From NCBI RefSeq assembly GCF_009914755.1, contig NC_060926.1: DNA of 64,000 bases. One strand, written 5' to 3'. Below, one piece after another: positions 14,271 through 26,636 of the stretch (positions are counted from its first letter, which is position 1; every line of letters begins with the position of its first letter). Source of the DNA: the human T2T-CHM13v2.0 reference genome, Homo sapiens. A program made the translations under genes and the position numbers. The notes beneath the pieces are model-generated. The model made no database searches, was not told the origin of the DNA, and was given only the letters and a program-made list of their open reading frames with translations.

Positions 14271-15602
14271 TTAATATTGACCCATGCAGAAGGAGAGAAA
14301 TGAGAAGAGGCCTTCTGAAAATGAAAATGTGTGACCACTAGGTACGTTTGGAGGGCACACCTCTGCTACTTGAAAACCACACAGAAGCAGACAATGCCTG
14401 GGAATGAGGGTGGCAGTGTTATGGGTCCCACTGCAGGAGAGCCAATGAGATACTGATGAGAGGGAAGACCTGTCTTTGGCTCTGGCACTTATTAGCTGCC
14501 ACATTTTGGGAAAATGCCTCAATTTCCACCTCTGTCAAATGGAAAAAAAAAATAATGCCAACTTACAGGGTCATTGTGGGATTTAAATATGGGGTGGGAA
14601 CACTGTCTGGGACAGAGGTACACAGAGATAAATCATCTACAGTGCATGGCCCAATAAATGACAGGTATTATTACTGTAGAAGGATTGGGGAGTGAGAACC
14701 AGAACAAGTGCCTTATCAGTTTTGCATTACAGCAGCATGCAGTGACTCACATAAAACTTCCTTTTTTTGCTTAGAAACTTGCCCCTCATACATTGACCCT
14801 TGCCTTGAGAAATTAAGCAGTCTAAGTTCTTTTCCTGCTTCTGATATCCTGTCCTAAAAACTTCTGAACCCAACACATAGAAATAAAATGAAATGCACTC
14901 ATTTCTCCTAAGAAGATACTATTGAAGAATCGTCGGTTTAGTGTTCTCCCTTGCTATAGTAGATAAGTAAAAGTCAGTTTCACTTTTATCCTAACAACTT
15001 TCTTTGAGCAAGGGCTTTCCTCAATTTACATGTTATTCATCTAACCTTACTTATATCTTCTGTTTTATCATGAACTTCATTTGTCTACAGGGGGAAATTA
15101 TCACAGAATTGTCAACAGATGAGTATCAATAAGTCCATGGCCCAAACCAGCCCCAAGGATGACAAGTTTCAGGTCTTGCTAGGCTGGTGGCCTTCAGAAG
15201 ATGAGCTTTACCTTGGGTCACCATCTGAAAATGTTACAAACTCTATTTTCCCTTCATCCTGACTTTGTTTTCCTGAGAGTTAATTTGGGAGACAGAATCT
15301 CCAAAAACTCATTTTGCTGAGAACAGCACGTGGAGGTAGCCAACCTCTCTTGTTGGGAGCCCAAGACAGGAGGTACAGAAGAAACACACTTGGCTGTTAC
15401 CAACTTGCATGGGGTCATCTCAGTCCAAGTCCACCCCTCCACAGTCTGGATGCCCACATTGAACGAGTCTCATTGTAACACAAATTCTCGAGCATATCCT
15501 ACAAAACAGCACAACTCCCCTGAGAACAGTCGGGAATCACAGTGGCCACATTAAGGAACTTGTAATATGACCAAAATTGTCCATCTTAGAGATATCTTAT
15601 AC

Positions 15603-15828
15603 CCGAGGTTGATAAACCTTTTCTGTAAAGGGCGAGTTTAGTCAACACTTTAGGCGTTTGGCGGCATATGATCTCTGTAGCAAACTATTGAACTCTGCCG
15701 TTATGGTGTAAAAGCAGCAATAGACGGTACATAAACAGATGGGCATGGCTGCGTTCCAACAAAACTTTATTTACAGAAAAACACTACGGCTCAGAATTGG
15801 CCTGTGGCCTATAGTTTTCTGAGCCCTG
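15603..15828 (+). mobile_element. MER58A (hAT-Charlie DNA transposon), near full length
   Basis: aaaccttttctgtaaagggc...aactctgccgttatggtgtaaaagcagcaatagac...gggcatggctgcgttccaacaaaactttatttaca...tagttttctgagccctg. Confidence 0.9.
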
Positions 15829-15841
15829 TCTAGGGCACCTC

Positions 15842-16370
15842 ACCTACAAGCAACATAATTTTGGCAAAACAGTAAAGGTGGGGCATGGATGAGAATCAAG
15901 ACCTCAAGGCCCATTTGGGAACCTCCAAATGAATTTTATACAATTATCCTCTGTGATGAAATATGAACATGTTCTCTAGTTTCTGTTTTTGTTTGCCTGT
16001 TTATTTTCAAATGTGTTGAAGCCTTTCTTTGTTGAAGAGCATAAAAAACAAAGCCATTAAACTTTGTATTTCCTACTAGGGAAGTCCCAATCTACTGATC
16101 CAGGGATAAGTATCTTTATTTTACTGAGATGGTCATTAAAGAGCTCTGCAAGATATTCATGTTTACTCAAAATTTCCTCTGTCTATACCGCCTCCCCATC
16201 TTCAGACAAAACAGAAAGGATAAATAGAATTCTCAAGTTAAAGTTAGCCAACTTTCTAAAGCACTTGAATTTCCTGGGTCCAAAGTCCTGCCCTCAATCT
16301 TGGTGACAGTAAAATCAACACCTTTGGGAATTCATCAGCTCTCTCCTTATGAGTTGTAACAGACTTATGC
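15842..16370 (+). pseudogene. Retroviral integrase catalytic core, disrupted by stops and frameshifts
   Basis: Manual translation gives QGPFGNLQMNFIQL...YEHVL / VCLFIFKCVEAFLC*RA / FVFPTREVPIY*SRDKYLYFTEMVIKELCK / PSSDKTERINRILKLKLA / KVLPSILVTVKSTP...LSPYEL. These are collinear with class I IN motifs PFE.LQ.DFI, W.EAFP, SD.G..F, PQSSG.VER.N..LK and R.TP...LSP.E. Confidence 0.88.
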
Positions 16371-16520
16371 AAATATCTAGGAATATCATCTCTGATCCTA
16401 CACTCTGCCCTGTTAGAAGCAGATACAGCCAAATACTGTAAGAGATTCATACAATAGGCCAATCTTGTTATCAACATTCCCCTAATCAATCAACAACCTA
16501 AAATCTCTAACTGGTTATGA

Positions 16521-16837
<317 letters not shown>

Positions 16838-18182
16838 TCCAAAGAGTTATTTTTAACTTATCAGTGTTTCTCCCATTTCAGAACATTAGGATTTTAACCT
16901 GCATTTTAAAAACCACACAGATTACTCAAAAGCATCATCTACTGTCTACAAAAACCTCATATTCCCAGTAGAAATGAAAACTCATAGCCCAAAGCAGATT
17001 GCTTGAGGTGCGGAGTAAGAACCTTCTGAGGCGTAGACCTCTTTCCCTGGGTAGACAAACAGTTCCAAGAAAGAAAGGGTCACTTGGAGACAGAGACCCT
17101 TCTGCCCACCTCTTGTCTTTGGAATTAGGCTTGGTCCTCCCAGACTTACTGACCCTTAAGTGACCCTTCCAAATCCAGATAATCCTCTAAAAGGTCAATC
17201 CACAAACCCATCACCATCAGCTCCATCAGAGCCTGAAATTGTCCTGGGCTGTGATGAAGGGAAGCTGGGGCCCTTCAAGACTGTCCCCCCTTCCTCTCCA
17301 GTAGCGATGGTCTTTTAGGTCTGGTGGGAGGGTCTGGCAGAAATGCCCAGGCCTGGGAGTCAGGAGGGTCTCTATTCTTTCCTAAGATGGGATTGTTGAA
17401 GGAAGAAGGAATTCATTTAGAACGAGCCTGGACCAAAATTTGCTTTGTTCTTTTGAGATCTAGTCTACTTTGCAAAGGTACTCCAAAGGGAATGCTAAAA
17501 ATGGTGCAAGGGTAATGCAAAGGTAATGGAAACATATGAGGGAGGATAAACCCTAGAAAATCCGAAGCTGGTTCCCAGACAGCAGCGTTGACTGGAGGGG
17601 AGATCAACAGAGACAAACTTAATCCCTGTCCTCAGAGAGACCTGCCCACTGGGCTTTAACGAAAGCCTCGGCTCTTTTTCTCTTTTCCTGGAGAATTTTG
17701 ACAAAATAGCCCTGAGCCCCATGAGGCAGGGGAACAAAAGGTCCTCCCCCAGCTAGATTGGGGGCCTTTGTGAGTCTCATGAGCACTGCATCTGGAGGGG
17801 CTGAGTAGGGAGGGCAATTGGGAACAGACCAAGTTTCGGGAGGGAGACAGAGTGTTTCCAGAGCCTGAGCGAACCCTAGAGATCATCTAATTCGACTCCT
17901 TTGCTGCACAGTGATTGACACTGAGGACCAGAGAGAGAGAGAGCAAGACCTTCTCATGTCCCCTAGGACCCACCACATTTCAAATGCACCACCCCTGACG
18001 CCCAGGCTCACCCTCTTCCCAGATCTCAGCCTGAACGGGGGAGTTTAGGGTTCAGTGTTCATTCGTTCATTAATTGATGTGTTTATTGAAGAGCAGCTTT
18101 ATGCCTAGCCTTGTGTAAGATCTGTGGAAGAGTCAGGGAAACTCACCATATGATCTTTGCCCTCCAGGAACTTAAATCCTAA

Positions 18183-18250
18183 ACACACACACACATACAC
18201 ACACACACACGTATGCATACATGAAAACACACACAGAAACACACATGCAC
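18183..18250 (+). repeat. Imperfect (CA)n microsatellite
   Basis: acacacacacacatacacacacacacacgtatgcatacatg... Confidence 0.9.
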
Positions 18251-19289
18251 ACTCACCCCCATGAACAATGAACTTGTGATAGTGAACAGTACATAGTCTC
18301 TTCCATAATGAACCCTATGGACAGAAAGTGGCATAGGAGATGAAAGCACGAGAAATTGGTGTTTGCTGGGGTAGGGGTCACTGTAATTCCCTAAGAACAC
18401 TTCTTACCCTGTACCTTGATAACAGCCTATTTCATGTGTCTGTGTGCCCAGCTCCCCAGCTCTGGCTTGCACAATGCTAGTATCGTTGAGATTGAGTTGA
18501 ATTCATTCGAATTGAAATGGGACTTTTTGGGCAGAACTGGGCTCCCCTGTGAGTATGGGACGGAGTCACTGGGGGCTAAAGGAGAGAAATGAGGGGCTCT
18601 CTCTGCCTCGTCTCCTGGAATTCAGACCCTGTCTGGAGCTTGAGGCCTTCCTCTGGGATGTCCAGGCTCTAGTGAGCTTCTGGGGAACCCAAGGGCCATG
18701 AATCGCAACAGCAGCAATCTCCAGACTGCCCTGTGAGGCGGGGTGTGCAGTGATGAGCTTCTCCAGTGTGGAGCAGTGAGTGTGACAGGAAGGCACTTCC
18801 TAATCATCCGCAGAATTGTGGCTGTTCTCCAAGACTTACACGTCACGAGAAGGAGGAGCACCGTTCATGCCTCATTTGGCAAATACCCAGCACGGTGTCT
18901 AGCACAGGGCCACAAAAGGAAGAGGCACAGTCCTTTCTCTGTTGGAAAGACAAGGAAAAAGTATCTGAAAGTGAAAGAACAAATCGAAGATGAATAATGA
19001 GGTAGGCTTTCACTCACGGGACTGGCCTTGCTCATGGTTGGTGTCAGCAGGACTTTCCCTGCAGAACAGGGTCATCCACCCACACTGGCCACAGAGGTGC
19101 CACCAGTGATGCTGCCATCTCCTTAAACATTTGTGGACTCATCTTGGGGACTCACCTTTTGAACCTCAACACATTCTTTTGATTATCCTCAAGATGCAAA
19201 TCTCTGTCCTTTGTAGGTGAATAGAATTTTTGGAAATTATGGGTCAAAAGTGACCCCTAGCTGACACAGTTCATTCGATTCAGTTCTGC

Positions 19290-19570
19290 TCAATTCAACA
19301 CATAATTATGGGGTGTCTGCAGCATGTGAGGCACGGTAGTAGGCTCTGGGAATTCGATAAACCCCAAATCTGCCCTCTTGGAGCTGACAGCGTGGCAGGA
19401 AAGATAGACACTAAGTGTAAAGATGAGTAATGGCACGCGTTGCCAGTGTATCAAAGGGGTGGGTGTTGTGGGAACGCTAACAAGGGCGGGGCATCCGAAC
19501 AGACACCTGACGTGTGAGCGGCAGTTGGTCAGACAGAAGGGAAGGAAAGAGAGAGAGTATCCTAGGTTGG
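19290..19570 (-). mobile_element. L2 fragment
   Basis: attcaacacataattatgggg...tctgccctcttggagctgacagcgtggcagga. Confidence 0.65.
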
Positions 19571-19589
19571 AAAAAAAAGCATAAAGGAT

Positions 19590-19840
19590 AACAATACTAG
19601 CTATCATTTACTGAACACAAACCGTGCATCAGGCGCTTTTCCAAGTAGTTTAAGTTTGTATCGATGATCACATTAAATCCTCACAATAAACTTACGTGGT
19701 AGGTGCCATTATTATCCCCCAAATTATAGATGAGAAAACAGAGGCAAGGACAGAAAAAGCAACTTTCCCAATTAGGAAACAGCAGAACTGGAATTCAAAC
19801 CCAAGCTCTCTGTTCCAGAGCCTCCTCTTAACTGCTGTGC
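19590..19840 (-). mobile_element. MIR
   Basis: ttaaatcctcacaataa...gtaggtgccattattatcccc...atagatgagaaaacagaggc...ggaattcaaacccaag. Confidence 0.85.
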
Positions 19841-20946
19841 TAGAGAGCTTCCACATGTGCAGATGGAATGGCACCATTTGGATAGGAATAACGAGAATTC
19901 CACTCAAGAGTGTGGGGTGGGAGTGGGGAGGTGGGGAGGAGACTGTGAAAGTATGAATTGGTGGACTCTTTTAGAAAATAACGTGGCAACTTATGAGTGC
20001 AGAGACATAAATTGTGCCTACTTTTTGACGCAGTATTTTTACTTTTGGAAATGGATCCAAACGAAACAATCAGAAATGTGCATAAAGGTGTACCACGGGA
20101 AATGACCTAAACATCCGTCAACAGGCGTTGGTTAAATACATTATGTCACATTTATGCAACTAAATTTTATGCAGCCTTTAAGAAGTAAAGATCATGACTG
20201 CTCCTCTTGGTTTGTGTCTTAGGCATGCTTTGAAGAAGCATGAGAGAAGTCTGTGAACAGAAGGGGTTGGGCCCCTCTGTCAGCACCCCTGGGTAGTTCT
20301 TGGGGAGGCAGGGAGGCCAGGAAGAGGGGAAGTGAGACTCAGCTCCAAGTAATCCTGACCCAGGGGAGGGGAGGGTGCGACTGGCCAGCGGACAGCCTGA
20401 GCTCTGGCCCTGGCTCCAGGCTCTGGGTTTAAAGAGCTTTAAAAGCTTATTAAAAAGGTTCCTTCGACATCAAATGGCTCTTAAAAATCAATATTTTGAT
20501 GATTTAAGTGCAAGAGAATCAGAAACATATGGATCAAATTGCCCTAAAATTATACACACTTAAAAAAATGTGTTGGTCTTTAGCAAGATCCAAATATTTG
20601 AAAAACAGAGACATTTTCCTCATCTCCTGACAGAGCTCTGCTAGGTCAACTTGAGGAGTCCAGAGAGGTGGTAAGTGGGAGTGGGTTGGGGCTCAGAGGG
20701 AGAAGCATGGAAATGCCTCTTGGTGCCTTCCATGTAGACAGGGCTGTGAGGGGCAGCTGTGTGTGTGTGCATGTGCATGTGTGCGCAGGTGTACATGTGT
20801 GCACATAGGCATGTAGCAGTGAACATGGGTGCACATTTTCCTCTGGGTCTCCTCATTCTGAGCCCGTGTCCCATAGCCAGTCTCATCCTTTCATGTCTCG
20901 GACATATGTATTTGGACTCAATCTAAGTTTTAAAAAGTACGTTCCT

Positions 20947-21280
<334 letters not shown>

Positions 21281-23689
21281 GTAAGTTCCTTTGGCTCCTC
21301 CTTCTGGGTCTGTCCCCTCTCCCCCAGCAGCAGACATGGCGCTGTCCATTTCTGGAAGGTTCAGGCCAGGAAGGACACAGGTGTCACCTTGCCCAGAGGT
21401 GACCAAAGGTTCTTCGGCTGTGGGCTGGTTCTGCAAATGAAACCTTAGGGGTGATGGTCGGTGTATAACGCTAAGACCAGAGCTGCAATGGCTCTGATTC
21501 TCCGCCATAGAGTGCCAGGGCTCTGGGAGGAGCATTTGAAAACCACATATCTCATGCCCAATCCTCATTTTACAGTGGCCCAGAGCAGGAAAACCAAAGG
21601 TATAAGGTTGGGACCAGAGGAAAAGCTGTCACACACGTAAGTCCAGCTCATCTCAATCCAAACCACCACAGACTCACCCCGCCCACTCCTTCTTCTGTCC
21701 TCCCACCCCCTCCTTCCCTCTGCTTGGCATGGGGATGGCAGAGCCCACCGGACCTGGGTTTCAGTCTGGTGGTGCCACATGGTCTTGAAGGTACTCTGGC
21801 TGTGAGGGGCCGCTCCCATGTTGTCTTCCATCTCTGGGACAAGATGGTAGGGTGGGAGTGGGGAGCTCTGGCCGTTGGAGCCTCTAAGAAGGAGACAAGA
21901 CACACCTGGGGGCTGGGCTAAGGACTGAGGGGCTCCAGAGAGAACAGGATTGGGGCCAGCTGGCTCCTGCCTTCAGCCCCTCCAGCCTTTCTGGTTTAGG
22001 CCTTTCAAAGGCCCCTCACCCTGCCGGCAGAAGGAGAGTCCCAGGTGAGCTGCGTGCAGGGAGCAGGCGAGAGATTCGTGCTGTGAGGGATGATTGTGAC
22101 TCAGCAGGCTCCTGAGGGTGTTTCTTGGGGACTCCACCTCCCTGGCTGGACCTACTTCTGGGCTGGTACCCGGCCCTCCCCACTGGACCCCTGAGCCTTC
22201 ACTTCTCTCGTGCCAAAGAACATTCTAGGCCCTGAGAATGGCTGGGGGAGCATAGGCCTTTTTCCCAGGGACCTCCCCAACTCGGCTGCTGGCGCATTAG
22301 GCAGGCTGTGTGTTGCGTGTCTCCTCCGGTGGCCAGGGAGCCTTGGTAATTAAGACGATGATTTCCACCTCGATGGGCAGTCTCACTGGCCAGGATTGAG
22401 GCTTGGGTCACTCTCCGCATCCCAGGTACACAGGGGCTGTCCAGTCTGAGAAGGGAGATAAGGGGGACAGAATATCAGAAACAGAAATGGGGGCCAGATG
22501 AATGGGGCAGGGCATCCCAGAGGGGATGGGGCCATCTGCTGGTATCTGAGGCTGGCTGGGCCAAGCCCATGGGATAGAGTGGAACACCAGCAGCTGGTCA
22601 CCAGCAATGTCCCCGCCACCAGCAGAGTCAAGGGCAATCAACCAGCTGCATCTGCTGGTCTTATAGAGAACTCACAGCCCTCTCCCTGGACCTTCTTCAG
22701 GGAATTCTGGGGACAGGACAGAGGCTTGGACTGGAGTGTGGAGACCAAGAAAAAGCTGGGAATGCACTGGGGTTTGGAGGCAAAGGGGGGTCCCAAGGGC
22801 TTCTGCCCACTCTTGCGTGCCTCAGAAAGAAGGGCTGAGAGCTGATGACAGATACCTGAGGACTGTGGCCACTGTGGCTGGATGAGGTGGTGTGTGTCCT
22901 ACAAAATGCAAAGAGAGAAATGAGAAGGGAGGTGAAATTCGACCTTCAACACCAAGGAAAGGAAAGGGAGTGGGAAAAGACGCCCAGCTTGGGGTTCCTT
23001 GTTCTGGACTTGTCCTACTCCTGCTGCCTCAGCACTCAGCCCCTGGAGGCCCCGCTGTGGAAAGAAACAAGAGACTGGAGATGCTGGCTCCCTGGGTTGG
23101 ACTGGGCAGTGCCTGGGATAACAGCTTCTGTGGGGGTTGGGAATGCCCCTGTAGCATCTGGTCACTGTGCTGGAGTAGGCTGGAGTTCATCCCCAGAAGG
23201 AAGAGTCATTCCAAGCATCCAGTCATTGCTCCCAGGACTCCCAGTGGGCCATGGAGCTGACACTGGGCCCAAACTAGGGAGGACCCTTAAGTTCTTAAAT
23301 GTGTCTCCCGCCTGCAATCCTGCCTCTGCACCCTTGCTCCCCACATCCAAGGCCATCCACCATCCTAATCTACTGCCCTCCTTGACGCAAGTTCCCCTCT
23401 TCCCGACAGTCTTTGTTGAATGCTCTCCCACATAGGTGTGGGTTGGGAAGGGGTGAGTGGATCTTGAAGCATGCTAAGGTTTGGCTTAGTAGAAAGGGAA
23501 GGGCACTGTCCACTCTGCTCACTCCACTCCATCTCCCAGCCTCTTCCTCTCCCCAGGCAGCATTGACATCTGGGTTCAAACTACTCCAGAGCACCAGGCC
23601 AGCACCTCCCTCTCCAGACCCACATCCCTAACAGCCAGCCAGGTACATGGCCAAGGCCAATACACCAGCCTCTCCCTGGATTCCTGCTG

Positions 23690-24445
23690 CCACCCTCCAC
23701 TCAGCCAAGCTGTCCACAATCCTGGTATTCATCCTTAACAACAGCCCGGCCCTTGTCCCCCCCATGCCGGTTCAGCACAAGCCTCTCTCACTCCCTCCTA
23801 AATATTTCTTACAACTGTCCCCTCATCTCCATCCCCCCGGCCCCAAGTCCAAGCTATCACTGCTCACCTGGGTGACAGCCACATCCTCTGAACTTGTTTT
23901 GTCTCTGTGCTTTAGTTTGTGCTTTCTGCACATTTTCAGTCGAATGAACTTTCTAAAATGCTAAGCTGCTCATGTCTTTCCTCTCTTTAAAGCCCTGGCA
24001 GGCTCCCTACTGCTGACCCTATGAAGCCCTGGCTTCTTGGGCCAGTGGACTTTGTTCCCTGTGACCTGGGCCCATCCCTTCTCCAGCCCCTTCTCTGGCC
24101 TCTCCCCATGCTCAAACTTTCTATCCAGGCCTAGTGAACTGCTGGCATGTCCCAGACCTACTAGGCTCTCCCTTACTCCTTTGCACATGCTGTGCCCTGT
24201 GCCTGGCAGGCTTGTTCTGGTCACCCGCTCTCAGACCACCTCTGATCTCTTAGTGAAGTCATTCCTGACATTCCAGTTCCCAGATCATCTCATCCTCTGC
24301 TGGGTCTGAGCACGCATCGCCAGCATTGCTTCTTTGACTCTCTCCTAAAAAGTCTAGACAGACTCTGAGGCAGGCACTGCATCTAAGAACCAAGCTCAGC
24401 ACCTGGAAAATGTCCACAGAATGGAGTGAGTGAATACGTCTAAAT
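23690..24445 (+). mobile_element. L2 3' region
   Basis: ccaagctatcactgctcacctgg...ctttctaaaatgctaagct...cctttgcacatgctgtgccctgtgcctgg...; tail gaatggagtgagtgaat. Confidence 0.8.
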
Positions 24446-24791
24446 GGCATGCATCAGCTGACCCTCTTTTAAGGTCCCATTGGGTATAAGCCTCTGGCAC
24501 ACCCTGTCTACTGGGCATCTGGTCCTTGCATAATCCACATGCAGCCCAACTGTGGAATCTGATTATTTTTTAAGTTTAGGCTGTTTGGGGTACAGCCCAG
24601 GGCTGGAATGAAGAAAGGCTCTGAGCATCCCCTTTCCTCTGTCTTGGAGGGATTTTGATGGACAAGGGCAGCCACACATCTGAGTGGGGGCCAAGGCTTC
24701 AAGGATTCCAGGCCTGGCTCCGCCTACCCCAGCTACAGAGCCATTCAGTTCTTAATCAAGTCCACAAATATTTATTGAGTGCCTACTGTGT

Positions 24792-25063
24792 GCTCCCGCC
24801 TGTAATCCCAGCAGTTTAGGAGGCCGAGGTGGGAGGATTGCTTGAGCCCAGGAGTTCAAGACCAGCCTGGGCAACAAAGAAAGACCCCATCTCTACAAAT
24901 AACAACAACAACAAATTAGCTGGGTATGGTGGCACATACATGTACTTCCAGCTACGCATGAGGCTGAGGTGGGAGGATCACCTGAGCCCATGAGGCGAAG
25001 GATGTGGTGAGCCATGATCATGTCACTGCACTCCAGCCTGGGTGACAGAGCAAGACCTCATCC
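24792..25063 (+). mobile_element. AluJ, slightly 5'-truncated, no A tail
   Basis: gggaggattgcttgagcccaggagttcaagacc...; (aac)n linker; ends in a C-rich run. Confidence 0.92.
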
Positions 25064-25502
25064 CCCTCCCCCCAGAATCCTCATGCGCTGGAGGAGAAAC
25101 AACAGGGAGGCTAGAATGGGCTGACTACATTTGTTGCCACAGAGCTTCTTGGAGGATCAGTATTTAAGCTGAGACCTGAAAGACGGGAATGAGTCAGCCA
25201 TTCAGGGATCTGAGGAGAGGGAGAGAGCTCTAAGCAGGAGGCAGCCTGTACAATGGGTTGAGTGATTTTTATCTCTTTCTGAACCTCAGTTTCCCCATTT
25301 GTGGTGGGGACCATAATGCTTCCCTTGCCTCCCCACAGGGCCTTGGCAGGGTTCAGAGGAGCCCATGCTAACAAATAGGACATAGCTGTTCAGACTCAGA
25401 GGCCATGAGATTCTGTTCCTGTGTTTATGGCAAGATGGCTGCCCCTTCCTGTTCTCCACAGGGAGGCACCACCATCTATGTCCTGGTTAAAAAGTAAATC
25501 AG

Positions 25503-25572
25503 GAGCACATGTTGTCAAAACTTCCTGAGGCTGTGTCATGAGTAAAAAAGGAAAAAAAAAAAAAAAAAAAAA
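25503..25572 (+). mobile_element. Short polyadenylated retrocopy of a MER4-family LTR-like sequence
   Basis: gagcacatgttgtcaaaacttcctgaggctgtgtcatg followed by a ~29-nt A tail; TSD aaaaagtaaatcag / aaaaggtaaagcag; TT|AAAA at the left junction. Confidence 0.72.
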
Positions 25573-26600
25573 GGTAAAGCAGCCTGGGAGGGTCTCCCTT
25601 TGAGGCTTATCAGCCTCCCACTCCTCTGTATGAATATGATAATCAGACTCTATCAGACCAGATTTTTGAGGAAAGACAGAGTGTTGGGATCTGAGACAGA
25701 TGGATAGAAAACACCACCCAGGGGAAATGGGGGCACCGGGTTTTCCCAGCAGTGAGCCCTTCAAGGGGAACCCCAGGCCTGGTACAATGCCTGGCACAAT
25801 GCCTGGCACAGAGTGGGGGGTTCCATGCAGCATTGATGACAGGATGAGCCAACGTTCCCACAGCCTCACCAGCAGAAGGGAGACTTCCAGGCAACAAGGG
25901 TTCCGAGATCCCAACTCCCTTCCCCTCTCCCCGTCTTTCTTCAATTCTTCTGTCGTCTGCCCCCGCTTTTCTTGCAGGCTTTGGGGGGTATTCATGCTCT
26001 CCGTTTCCCAGTGGACAAGTGGCGGGGCCAGGGGGGCTGTGTGTGCGTGTGTGTAGGCACGCGGGCTGTGAGGGGGCTGGGGACAAAGGCCCCGGAGTGA
26101 GATTCAGGGCACAGCTGAACTGCCCTGAACTCTCCTTTTTGTTTTCAAGGAAATGCATAATCCAAGAACCACCCACGGCCCTGGCGGCTCTGCTAAGCAG
26201 GGCTGGAATGTGCTGCCTTTCCCGTTAGTAATTGTTTTTTCTAGTTAGCCTGTAACCCTTCGCCTGCCATTCCCCTGCTGCAGGGGTGAGGCCCGCAGGG
26301 ATGGACACCTCGGCTGCCCTCCTGAGATATCCCCGCACTCTCCACCCCACTCCCACAGGGTTCAGGACCTGGTCCTGGCAGCACCCTCCGGACCATCTGC
26401 CTTCATGGCGACTCTTTCCTCACTGAGAGGGGCCAGGGCTGCTGGACACTGCAGAGTCCTGCATGGGGCCTGCAAATCCTTGTTATGGAGTCTCCGTGTC
26501 TGGTTGTAGCCAGGGCTGTGACTGTGAATGGGTGTCAGTGCAAGCTGGTGGAGGAATGTGAGTTTGTGTGGGTGGCTGTGACCTGGGATACTGAGGACTC

Positions 26601-26636
26601 AGAGAGAGAGAGAGAGAGAGAGACAGAGTGTGTGTG
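26601..26636 (+). repeat. (AG)n/(GT)n microsatellite
   Basis: agagagagagagagagagagagacagagtgtgtgtg. Confidence 0.9.

Noticed and set aside
25778-25812. 12-bp tandem cctggcacaatg; similar micro-duplications at ~45800, ~47376 and ~57890
   Set aside because: Ordinary slippage duplications, some inside MIR/L2 remnants.
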